This document shows positions 1-6,963 of a stretch of DNA of 13,317 bases, piece after piece. The stretch is from Methanomassiliicoccaceae archaeon (GTDB taxonomy: Archaea > Thermoplasmatota > Thermoplasmata > Methanomassiliicoccales > UBA472). The notes under the pieces are model-generated. The model ran no database searches. It had not been told where the DNA came from and worked only from the letters and a program-made list of their open reading frames with translations. Position 1 is the first letter of the stretch; each line of letters begins with the position of its first letter. The stretch is from positions 1-13,317 of the forward strand of contig PNBI01000156.1 in NCBI GenBank assembly GCA_003135935.1, read 5' to 3'. A program made the position numbers and the translations under genes.

Positions 1-42
1 GTGTTAATGTGTATAACTAAATTATTATCACAATAATCTGTA

Positions 43-57
43 GAAATGTATATAAAT
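43..57 (+). promoter_or_regulatory. Putative archaeal-type promoter for the methyltransferase gene: purine-rich BRE-like AGAAA followed by a TATATAAAT box
   Basis: tatataaat at 49-57 lies in an AT-rich island (1-70) about 32-40 bp upstream of the ATG at 89. A GAGGTGG Shine-Dalgarno motif sits at 78-84. A small inverted repeat ATTATT-n5-AATAAT lies at 21-37. Confidence 0.3.
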
Positions 58-88
58 CGTTAAACACATCCATTGCCGAGGTGGCTCG

Positions 89-1144
89 ATGAGCAGGGAA
101 ATGAACTCGATGCAAAGGTTTGAGGCCGCTTTGAACCATCAGACACCTGACTACGCACCCATATCGCTTTTCGGAGGTATCTTCGAAACGCATTTTGTGC
201 CTGGTATGGACGTAATCAAATACGGTTCTAGCGGATTGAACATGGCGAAGGCGCACATCGCCTTCCATGAAGCGATTGGAACGGACACGATCTATTGCCT
301 GTCGGATATGGGCATAATCGCGCAGGGGTACGGCACCCGGATGCAATTGCCGACCGCACCTGATATCTGGATGGGATTGGGAAAGTTCCCGATCAAATCC
401 CCCGCCGACTGGGAGAACCTGGACGTTCTTGACCCAAGGATCGACGGACGAATGAGATTGTACCTGGATGCCTGCACCATCGTCAGGGATAAGTATGGCG
501 ACACGGTGCCAATCGGTGTCTCGCTAATGAGCCCGATAACCAGCGCCACCCACATCTGCCCGATGGAAGATGTGATGGTGCACATGATCACCGAACCAGC
601 GGCGCTGAAGAAGGGGCTAGTCTCGCTCACTGGAACGGTCACGGCCTTCGTCAACGAATGCGTCGCCAACGGCGCCTCCTTCATCGGTTACCTGACAACC
701 AGGGCCTCGAAGGAGATTACCACGATCGACCAGTACAGGGAGTTCGGTGCACCATCCGATGAGGAGGTCTTCAGGAAGACCCCGAGCGCAGCGCACATCC
801 CGCACATCTGCGGTGTCGAACCCATGTTCGAACTCGTCGACGAATGGCGCTCGAAGTACAACAACGTGAAGGCGATCTCATGGTGGTCGCAGGGAGCGAC
901 CCCGAACTTGAAGGATGCCAAGGCGAAGTGGCCAAAGCTGACCTTGATGTCCGGAATAGACCACACCAACACGCTGATCACCGGATCTCCCGCCGATGTC
1001 GACAAGGAGATCGCTCAGTCCTGCCATGAAGCGATGCATGGTGGCGGCCTAATATTGGCCCCTGGCTGCGAGGTATCGCCAAAGACGCCATGGGACAACA
1101 TGAGGGCAGCTGTCAAGGCGGCGCGCAAGCACGGCAAGTATTGA
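89..1144 (+). CDS. URO-D-family zinc methyltransferase of the MtaA/MtbA/CmuA type (methylcobamide:CoM methyltransferase-like)
   Basis: 351-aa ORF with a GAGGTGG SD 5 nt upstream. The N-terminus MQRFEAALNHQ-PDYAPISLF resembles the MtaA/MtbA N-terminus. The zinc-ligand pattern H-x-C (HICGVEP) plus a C-terminal GC (LAPGCEV) matches the MtaA zinc site. Length fits the URO-D fold. Confidence 0.8.
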   Translation: MSREMNSMQRFEAALNHQTPDYAPISLFGGIFETHFVPGMDVIKYGSSGLNMAKAHIAFHEAIGTDTIYCLSDMGIIAQGYGTRMQLPTAPDIWMGLGKFPIKSPADWENLDVLDPRIDGRMRLYLDACTIVRDKYGDTVPIGVSLMSPITSATHICPMEDVMVHMITEPAALKKGLVSLTGTVTAFVNECVANGASFIGYLTTRASKEITTIDQYREFGAPSDEEVFRKTPSAAHIPHICGVEPMFELVDEWRSKYNNVKAISWWSQGATPNLKDAKAKWPKLTLMSGIDHTNTLITGSPADVDKEIAQSCHEAMHGGGLILAPGCEVSPKTPWDNMRAAVKAARKHGKY

Positions 1145-1173
1145 CGGCAAGAAACCAAACGATAAACCATCTG

Positions 1174-1222
1174 CGTCCGTGGCGTGACCCCCGGGGACAG
1201 CACCTCACGCCCGCCACGGGCG
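1174..1222 (+). other. GC-rich inverted repeat (hairpin) in the methyltransferase-amidohydrolase intergenic region
   Basis: 11-bp stem CGTCCGTGGCG (1174-1184) pairs with CGCCACGGGCG (1212-1222), with one G-U wobble. The 27-nt loop carries the palindrome CCCCGGGG at 1189-1196. No T-tract follows. Confidence 0.4.
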
Positions 1223-1279
1223 CAAAGTAAATATTCGCATTCAGGGGACGAAGCGACAATCAAGAGGGGAAGGAAACAC

Positions 1280-2908
1280 ATGGCAAAACAGCTCTGCCTA
1301 GATATGGCAATCATAAATGCCAACGTGATCACGGTCGACAAGAAGAAGACGAAGGCCGAGGCAATTGGCATCATTGGGGACAAGATCGTCGCCATCGGAA
1401 CAACCAAAGAGATCAAGGCGATGGCCTCGGACAAGACCAAGATCATCGATGCCAATGGCAAAACGGTCCTTCCTGGATTCCATGATTCGCACATGCATCC
1501 GCTACTGGTTGGCCATTTCGCCAACGGGGTGGTGCTAAACGAAGCGAAGGACATCCCTGAATTCCTGCAGCGGATCAAGGACAAGGTTGCCAAGACCCCG
1601 AAAGGGCAGATCATCCTCGGTTCCGGTTGGAACCAGGAGAGGATGACGGAGAAGAGGTATCCGACCCGCTGGGAGGTGGACTCCGTCGCTCCCGACAATC
1701 CAGTGTTCTTGATCCATTGGAATGCCCACATCTATCTGATAAACACGATGCTGATGAACCAAAAGGGCATAACCAAGACGACCAAGGCTCCCGAGGGCGG
1801 CTCGATCGAGAAGAACGACAAGGGCGAGCTTACCGGGATAATGCTTGAGAATGCCCTGAACCTGGTGGCACCTGGTTTCCTGGAGACCGGAGCGGGATTG
1901 TTCAGCTATGAGCAGAGCAAGGCCGCCCTGGAATTCGCTGTGAAGCGGGGCGCCTCTTATGGCCTGACATCGATGGTGGACATACTCGCCGGAGATGCCC
2001 AGGTCAAAGCCTATCAAGAGCTGGAGAGGGAAGGGAAGCTTCCGGTCAGGATAAACTTCTATCTGGCCTATCCTTACCTCGACGATCTGGTAAGAATCGG
2101 GTTAATGAGCGGCTTTGGAAGCAACAAGGTCCGTTTCGCCGGAGTGAAGATGATCACCGACGGTTCACTCAGCAGCCATACCGCGGCATTGAAGGCGCCC
2201 TACGTGGACATGCCCAACAACAGCGGCATCATGCGCAACTCCAAGAAGGAGATCAAGGACGTCGTCCTGAAGGCAACCCAGAACGGCATCAGGGTCGACA
2301 TCCATGCACTGGGCGACAGGGCGATCGCAGAGGTCCTCGACGTCTTCGAGGATGTCAAGAAGGAGACCAAGGTGAAGGACCCTCGCTTCAAGATCAGTCA
2401 CGCCTTCATCCTGGACAAGGACATCATCAAGAAGTTCAAGGAGCTCAACGTCATCGCGAACGTCCAACCGGTCTTCCTCATGAAGGGGCAGAACTGGATC
2501 CCGAAATTGGTCGGTCCGGAGAAGGAGAAGACCGCACATGTGTACAAATCGCTGATGGACGCGGGAGTTCACATGGCGACCGGCACCGATTCGCCGATCG
2601 AGCCAGAGAACCCGATGATGAACCTCTATGCCGCGACGGTCAGAAAAGACCCCAACGGTATCCCAGAGGGAGGATGGCATCCTAAGCAGAAGATCCCAAT
2701 GGAGCAGGCCATCAAGATGGGGACCATCGAGGGTGCTTATGCCACAGGCGAAGAGGACAAGATGGGCTCGATCGAGGTGGGGAAGCTCGCCGATTTGACC
2801 ATGCTGTCAGAGGACCCGTTCAAGGTACCAGGAGATGAGGTTAAGAACGTCAAAGCCCTTATGACAATCGTGGGCGGAGAGGTCGTTTGGTCAGCAAAGG
2901 CCAAGTGA
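1280..2908 (+). CDS. Amidohydrolase_3-family metal-dependent hydrolase (TIM-barrel amidohydrolase)
   Basis: ATG at 1280 is preceded by AGAGGGGAAGGAAACAC. The track ORF starts at an upstream GTG at 1184, which I reject. N-terminus MAKQLCLDMAIINANVITVD. The HxH metal motif LPGFHDSHMHP and further ligand-like motifs VDIHALGDRA, KISHAFIL and ATGTDSP are present, ending in the family-typical LMTIVGGEVVW. 542 aa. Confidence 0.85.
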   Translation: MAKQLCLDMAIINANVITVDKKKTKAEAIGIIGDKIVAIGTTKEIKAMASDKTKIIDANGKTVLPGFHDSHMHPLLVGHFANGVVLNEAKDIPEFLQRIKDKVAKTPKGQIILGSGWNQERMTEKRYPTRWEVDSVAPDNPVFLIHWNAHIYLINTMLMNQKGITKTTKAPEGGSIEKNDKGELTGIMLENALNLVAPGFLETGAGLFSYEQSKAALEFAVKRGASYGLTSMVDILAGDAQVKAYQELEREGKLPVRINFYLAYPYLDDLVRIGLMSGFGSNKVRFAGVKMITDGSLSSHTAALKAPYVDMPNNSGIMRNSKKEIKDVVLKATQNGIRVDIHALGDRAIAEVLDVFEDVKKETKVKDPRFKISHAFILDKDIIKKFKELNVIANVQPVFLMKGQNWIPKLVGPEKEKTAHVYKSLMDAGVHMATGTDSPIEPENPMMNLYAATVRKDPNGIPEGGWHPKQKIPMEQAIKMGTIEGAYATGEEDKMGSIEVGKLADLTMLSEDPFKVPGDEVKNVKALMTIVGGEVVWSAKAK

Positions 2909-2971
2909 CCAATTACTATAATCTTTTCAGAAGGAGAAAGAGAGGATAAATTAAGTAAAGAGGGGTGAAAA

Positions 2972-3511
2972 ATGGCATTAGGACCTGGAGAACTAACACT
3001 AGGATTACCGGCACTTTACATTGCTGGTGTGCTAGTTGTGAATCTTTTAGTGATGATGGGCAAAGGGGACCCAAAGGATGCGGCCATATTCAATTTCCTG
3101 GTCGGATTCTTGGCGACGATGACCGGTCTGTATGATTGGTTCATTCTCGGATATCCGTTATTCGCCGCACAAGCCCTGTTGTTCGCCTTCACCTATTGGT
3201 GGCTCGGATGGAACTGGTATACAGGACGCACGGATGCGAGGGCATTCGGCTGGTATTGTTTGTTCGTTGCGATCAACACCATACCATTCGGATACTACAC
3301 GTTCGTTGGAAATATGCCGATCCTGGGTTTCAACTGGATATGGTGGGGCCTGGCATGGTTTATGTTCTGGGTAATTCTCGGAATCGGGAAGGCCAAGTAC
3401 TTCAAGGTCATGTTGGCCGTTACCTGGATCGCGACCCTGCTCCTATGGGTCAGCGCCCTCGGTTGGTTGATCGGGTGGTTCGACTTCACCAAGTTCTTCG
3501 GATTCCCGTGA
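2972..3511 (+). CDS. AmiS/UreI-family channel (amide/urea transporter), six-helix membrane protein
   Basis: 179 aa with an AGAGGGGTGA SD. Blocks align to H. pylori UreI / AmiS: KGDPKDAAIFNFLVGFLA versus KVDPKSTAVMNFFVGGLS, and LLFAFTYWW...WYCLFVAINTIPFGY versus LLFGFTYLY...WYSLFVAINTIPAAI. About 15 Trp residues. No His at all, so it is AmiS-like rather than acid-gated UreI-like. Confidence 0.85.
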   Translation: MALGPGELTLGLPALYIAGVLVVNLLVMMGKGDPKDAAIFNFLVGFLATMTGLYDWFILGYPLFAAQALLFAFTYWWLGWNWYTGRTDARAFGWYCLFVAINTIPFGYYTFVGNMPILGFNWIWWGLAWFMFWVILGIGKAKYFKVMLAVTWIATLLLWVSALGWLIGWFDFTKFFGFP

Positions 3512-3544
3512 GCCGATGAATGGTGGTTAGCCAAACAGAATAAA

Positions 3545-3570
3545 CCCTTTCCTTTTCATTCCTTTTCAAT
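3545..3570 (+). terminator. Pyrimidine/T-rich tract (CCCTTTCCTTTTCATTCCTTTTC) downstream of the AmiS/UreI gene; archaeal-type terminator candidate
   Basis: Two TTTT runs and a TTT within 26 nt, starting 34 nt after the stop at 3511. This would end a methyltransferase-amidohydrolase-AmiS transcription unit. Confidence 0.35.
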
Positions 3571-3753
3571 TAACTGACCAAATTGCAAATGATAGCAGCA
3601 AGCCAGCTCGAACCATCGGAGTAAGTGTAGCAATGATCACGAATGCGCATGCGTTCAAGGCTGAGGCAAAGGATTGAAATAGGGTCGGATGTAGATTGCC
3701 GAAATGAAATGAAGATCGCCAATCCTCATTGCATCGTTCGTTGGGTGAGATAG

Positions 3754-4092
3754 ATGGAGAAAATCAAATTGTGCGAGATATGCGGAAAAGAGGTTGTCAA
3801 AGGCCGAGATAAATATCTGAATATCCTCAACAGATATTATCACGATGATTGTCTGGACAAAGAGAAGACCATCGTCAAGGAAAAAGATCCGACCTTTTCG
3901 CAGGAGCAAATCACCCGCATGACGTTCGATGAGAAACTCACCTACCTGGACGAACGAATCAGATCTATGACCTCGAAATACAACATCCCAGAAAATGAAG
4001 CCATGGAGGCAAGGATGGTCTTGCGCCAGATCTCCGAGAAATATGCCGCTGCGGCGAAACCTCTTGACGTTGCCAAGAGGCCCAACATTTGA
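3754..4092 (+). CDS. Small hypothetical protein with N-terminal C-x2-C...H-x2-C zinc-finger-like motif and a charged helical C-terminus
   Basis: 112 aa with a GGGTGAGA SD 3-11 nt upstream. Motif CEICGKEV...YYHDDC. K/E-rich composition typical of real coding sequence. The antisense ORF 3655-4116 has no support. 116 bp upstream of the rubredoxin-GltS-like gene. Confidence 0.5.
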   Translation: MEKIKLCEICGKEVVKGRDKYLNILNRYYHDDCLDKEKTIVKEKDPTFSQEQITRMTFDEKLTYLDERIRSMTSKYNIPENEAMEARMVLRQISEKYAAAAKPLDVAKRPNI

Positions 4093-4208
4093 TACCATAA
4101 TCGTTGAAACGAACACTCAAGGGGTCCGAGTTGGCCTGATATCGGAAAGTTATAAAGCACGGCGGTTCGCAGTGTTTTCCAAAATACCCCATACTAAGGT
4201 TGGTCCTG

Positions 4209-5690
4209 ATGTCGAAATACAAATGCGATGTGTGCCATGTTTTTGAGTACGAAGAAGTCTCTGGTGATCCCTCAAAGGGGATCGTCTCTGGATCCAAACC
4301 AGAGGATCTGCCCAACGACTGGCGCTGCTGGATTTGTGGGGCTGATAAGACCCATTTGAAGCCTAAGGTTGAGAGGACCCCCGAGCAGCTTCAACAACAA
4401 ATCGCCTGTCCGATATGTGGCCAGACTCATTCGGTCGCGACCTACGTCCAAGAGCAGGAGATGGAGACCTACCTTGCGCCCTGGTGGCGTAAGAACGATG
4501 AAACAGAAATCCATATGGCCGAGATCGAGAAGATCTCACAGACCAATAAGTCGTTGAGCGAGCCGATGCGCACAAGAATGTCGGTGATATCTTGGGACGA
4601 CATCCTAATCCTCGGAGTGCAACTGGCCTCCATCCCGCTGAATAAAGACGAAGCAGTCAAAACAAGAACGATCATCGGACCCGAGGCTAAAAGGCCAATG
4701 GTCATCGAGACTCCAATTTTCGTGGCCCACATGTCTTTTGGATCGCTGTCAAGAGAGGTCAAGATCGCGCTTGCCAAGGGGACGGCGGCGGTCGGAACTG
4801 CCATTGGGTCAGGTGAAGGCGGAATGATCGAGGATGTGGTCGCGAACGCATCGAATTATATCTTCGAATATGTGCCCAACAAGTATAGCGTCACCGAATC
4901 CAATCTCAAGCGCGCCAGTGCAATCGAGATAAAGATTGGTCAGTCGGCGAAGCCCGGAATGGGCGGACATCTCCCGGCGGCGAAGGTGACTACGGAGATT
5001 GCGAGGATCAGGAACATGCCCGAAGGGCAGGACATCATTAGCCCGGCCCATTTCCCAGATATCAAGGACAGAGCTGACCTAAAGAGGACGGTCGAATGGC
5101 TGAGAACCACCTCTGAAGGCAGACCGATTGGTATAAAACTGGCCGCCGGAAAAATTGAAGAGGACATGGCAATTGCACTCTTCGCAGAGCCTGACTACAT
5201 CACCATCGATGGGAGGCCTGGATCGACTGGTTCAGCCCTTAAATTCGTGAAGGATGCCACCAGCGTGCCAACGATACTTGCCCTTCACCGCGCTCGCAAA
5301 TTCCTTGACCGGGAGAGGGCGGAGAATGTATCCCTGGTGATCACAGGTGGCCTTAGGATCTCTTCGGATTTCGCCAAAGCCTTGGCAATGGGTGCGGATG
5401 CCGTGGCGATCGGCAACGCTGCGCTGATCGCCTGCGGATGCCAGCAATACAGGCAATGCGACACCGGGAAATGCCCGATCGGGATCACCACTCAAGACCC
5501 GAGGCTCAGGGCACGCCTGATCGTTGATTATTCGGCAAAGAAGCTAGAGAACTTCCTTAGGGTCTCAACCGAGGAGCTGAAGGAGTTCGCAAGGCTGACA
5601 GGCCACGATGACGTCCATAAAATGAGCAGTGAAGACCTCTGTACCGTTAATTCCGAGATATCGAGCTATACCAACATTAGACATGCTTGA
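4209..5690 (+). CDS. Rubredoxin-fused FMN/Fe-S oxidoreductase of the glutamate synthase (GltS FMN-binding domain, Glu_synthase) family
   Basis: The first ATG is at 4209; the track begins at a TTG at 4200. The N-terminal about 50 aa form a rubredoxin fold: YKCDVCHVFEYEE...DLPNDWRCWICGADK. The remainder matches the GltS FMN domain (ISPAHFPDIKDRADLKRTV, IDGRPGSTGSA, GADAVAIGNAAL) and the Fe-S cysteine motif ACGCQQYRQCDTGKCPIGITTQDP. 493 aa. Confidence 0.85.
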   Translation: MSKYKCDVCHVFEYEEVSGDPSKGIVSGSKPEDLPNDWRCWICGADKTHLKPKVERTPEQLQQQIACPICGQTHSVATYVQEQEMETYLAPWWRKNDETEIHMAEIEKISQTNKSLSEPMRTRMSVISWDDILILGVQLASIPLNKDEAVKTRTIIGPEAKRPMVIETPIFVAHMSFGSLSREVKIALAKGTAAVGTAIGSGEGGMIEDVVANASNYIFEYVPNKYSVTESNLKRASAIEIKIGQSAKPGMGGHLPAAKVTTEIARIRNMPEGQDIISPAHFPDIKDRADLKRTVEWLRTTSEGRPIGIKLAAGKIEEDMAIALFAEPDYITIDGRPGSTGSALKFVKDATSVPTILALHRARKFLDRERAENVSLVITGGLRISSDFAKALAMGADAVAIGNAALIACGCQQYRQCDTGKCPIGITTQDPRLRARLIVDYSAKKLENFLRVSTEELKEFARLTGHDDVHKMSSEDLCTVNSEISSYTNIRHA

Positions 5691-5775
5691 TCGTTGAACG
5701 ATACGAGAGTTCAAGTTGAAGGTCGAGCCCTCCAGTCAAACAACCTTCCATTTCTAACCAAGATCATAACGATGG

Positions 5776-5782
5776 TTTTTTT
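5776..5782 (+). terminator. T7 tract 86 nt downstream of the rubredoxin-GltS-like gene; archaeal-type terminator candidate
   Basis: ggTTTTTTTgcgcg; seven consecutive T on the coding strand of the upstream gene. Confidence 0.35.
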
Positions 5783-5953
5783 GCGCGAAGGATGCCTATC
5801 CACTGGCCCTATGTACATTCACCACCAACGACAAAAGTCCACATTTCATGAAAAACCATTGAATCAGCACCGCAGCGCTCCCCCAGCAACATAGACCAAG
5901 GACCCCAATCGAAATGCAAAGACATTATATCGCGTCTGCTAGGTCAATGTAAC

Positions 5954-6325
5954 GTGAGCCCGGTTATTGCGAGACGCTATGAAGCTGCCCACGGATGGTT
6001 CTCAATCGATGGGAATAGGTACACCCATGACGTCGTTGTGCACGGTGACGGAACGGTCGAGAGACGGCGCGTGGATCTGTCCCAGACATATCGAGGCGAA
6101 TATTTCCATACCCCTTTGGGGGAGAGAGAAATCGATTTCTTGGAAGTGGAAAGACCAGAGGTTTTGATAGTCGCGGCAGGGTTCAAGGGGATGATGCAAC
6201 TGACACCTTTGGCGCAAGAGAAATTGAAGGGAATCCAGGTCTTCACCTTGACGACCGACAAGGCTATCGAGATGATGAACCAAGAAAAACGGCGATTCGT
6301 AGCTATCTTGCATCTCACTTGCTAA
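5954..6325 (+). CDS. Mth938-like domain protein (DUF498 family)
   Basis: 123 aa. The only in-frame start before the conserved block is the GTG at 5954, with AGGT 9 nt upstream. Family-like blocks FSIDGNRYTHDVVVHGDGTV, PEVLIVAAGFKGMMQLTPLAQEKLKGIQVF, TTDKAIEMMNQ and the C-terminal AILHLTC. A TATA-like cattatat lies at about 5922-5929. Confidence 0.6.
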   Translation: MSPVIARRYEAAHGWFSIDGNRYTHDVVVHGDGTVERRRVDLSQTYRGEYFHTPLGEREIDFLEVERPEVLIVAAGFKGMMQLTPLAQEKLKGIQVFTLTTDKAIEMMNQEKRRFVAILHLTC

Positions 6326-6542
6326 GGGAGGACCATAATGATAGTGAAATCATCATACTAACGCTCTTTGTAGGCTTGTTCTTCGTTCCTGTCTGATATT
6401 TCGATGGCATGCGGTCACCTGTTCAAATAAGAACAGCTCAGTCCCAACTTATTAAGAGCCTTCATAAGCTGTTGCTCTTAGATTATCTGTATTCGCCGCG
6501 CGCTATTTTTCGATTTGCCGGAGATTGACCCGACAAAAAGAC

Positions 6543-6788
6543 ATGGATAAGGTTGTTGCCGAAGCGCTCATTCGGGTCAAGCTTATGAACTCCTGCCTCC
6601 AATTGAATTGCGGTAAGATCATGAAGTGCCCAATATGCGGGAACGATATGGAATCGGGATTCGCAATGCTGAGCAGTGGCAGCTATCTCAGATGGTATAG
6701 GGAAGCGAAGGACCTGCATGAGCATATCCAAAGGGGAGGCGAAGTGATGCTCTATGGCGGCTTCGGGCCCAAAGCTCACGTATCTTGA
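6543..6788 (+). CDS. Small zinc-ribbon protein (KCPICGNDMESGF...LRW motif); start uncertain
   Basis: CxxC zinc-ribbon motif MKCPICGNDME followed by GSYLRWY, which resembles small bacterial/archaeal zinc-ribbon DUF proteins. The first ATG is at 6543. A possible TATA box ctatttttcg lies at 6501-6510. An alternative start is the ATG at 6621, giving MKCPICG... and 55 aa. The track's TTG start at 6525 is less likely. Confidence 0.4.
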   Translation: MDKVVAEALIRVKLMNSCLQLNCGKIMKCPICGNDMESGFAMLSSGSYLRWYREAKDLHEHIQRGGEVMLYGGFGPKAHVS

Positions 6789-6963
6789 TGCACACCGATG
6801 CCTGAACTGTGGAGTGATCGTCATGGTTACGACATCAACCAGCGATCATAGCGACGAGGAGAGCGCAAATCCATCGCCCTGAATTCGCAAATGGGAAGGC
6901 AATCCTGGTTTTGCTTCTGATAGGAGCGAATTCGCAATCGTCCCGTGATGATCTAGTTAATAC

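Noticed and set aside
1184-1279. GTG start at 1184 for the amidohydrolase, as given in the ORF track
   Set aside because: The ATG at 1280 has a purine-rich SD (AGAGGGGAAGGAAAC) and yields the family-typical N-terminus MAKQ...IINANVITVD. The 32-codon extension would run through the GC hairpin and has no homology support.
1015-1731. 238-aa minus-strand ORF spanning the end of the methyltransferase gene, the intergenic hairpin and the start of the amidohydrolase gene
   Set aside because: It is antisense to two genes that have strong family motifs and crosses a non-coding hairpin region. Its composition is Cys/Ser/Arg-rich and typical of out-of-frame GC-rich sequence, and it has no SD.
2165-2680. 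171-aa minus-strand ORF inside the amidohydrolase gene
   Set aside because: Antisense to a well-supported CDS. It is leucine/arginine-rich and typical of reverse-frame translation of GC-rich coding DNA.
3132-3534. Alternative-frame ORFs (80, 127 and 79 aa) overlapping the AmiS/UreI gene
   Set aside because: The AmiS/UreI frame has clear family homology. The others are frame artefacts.
3638-3653. Apparent 16-bp palindrome GAATGCGCATGCGTTC in the AmiS-to-zinc-finger intergenic region
   Set aside because: On checking the reverse complement, only the 8-bp core CGCATGCG is palindromic. The flanks do not pair. This is too short to call a regulatory site.
3655-4116. 153-aa minus-strand ORF overlapping the small zinc-finger gene
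   Set aside because: It has no SD and an odd composition. The plus-strand ORF has a good SD, zinc-finger motif and K/E-rich coding-like composition.
5694-5894. 66-aa ORF in the intergenic region after the rubredoxin-GltS gene
   Set aside because: It has no SD, spans the T7 terminator-like tract, and has a low-complexity proline/serine-rich end. It is most likely non-coding.
6483-6824. 113-aa minus-strand ORF overlapping the small zinc-ribbon gene
   Set aside because: It is antisense, has no motif, and would start inside the convergent intergenic region with no SD.
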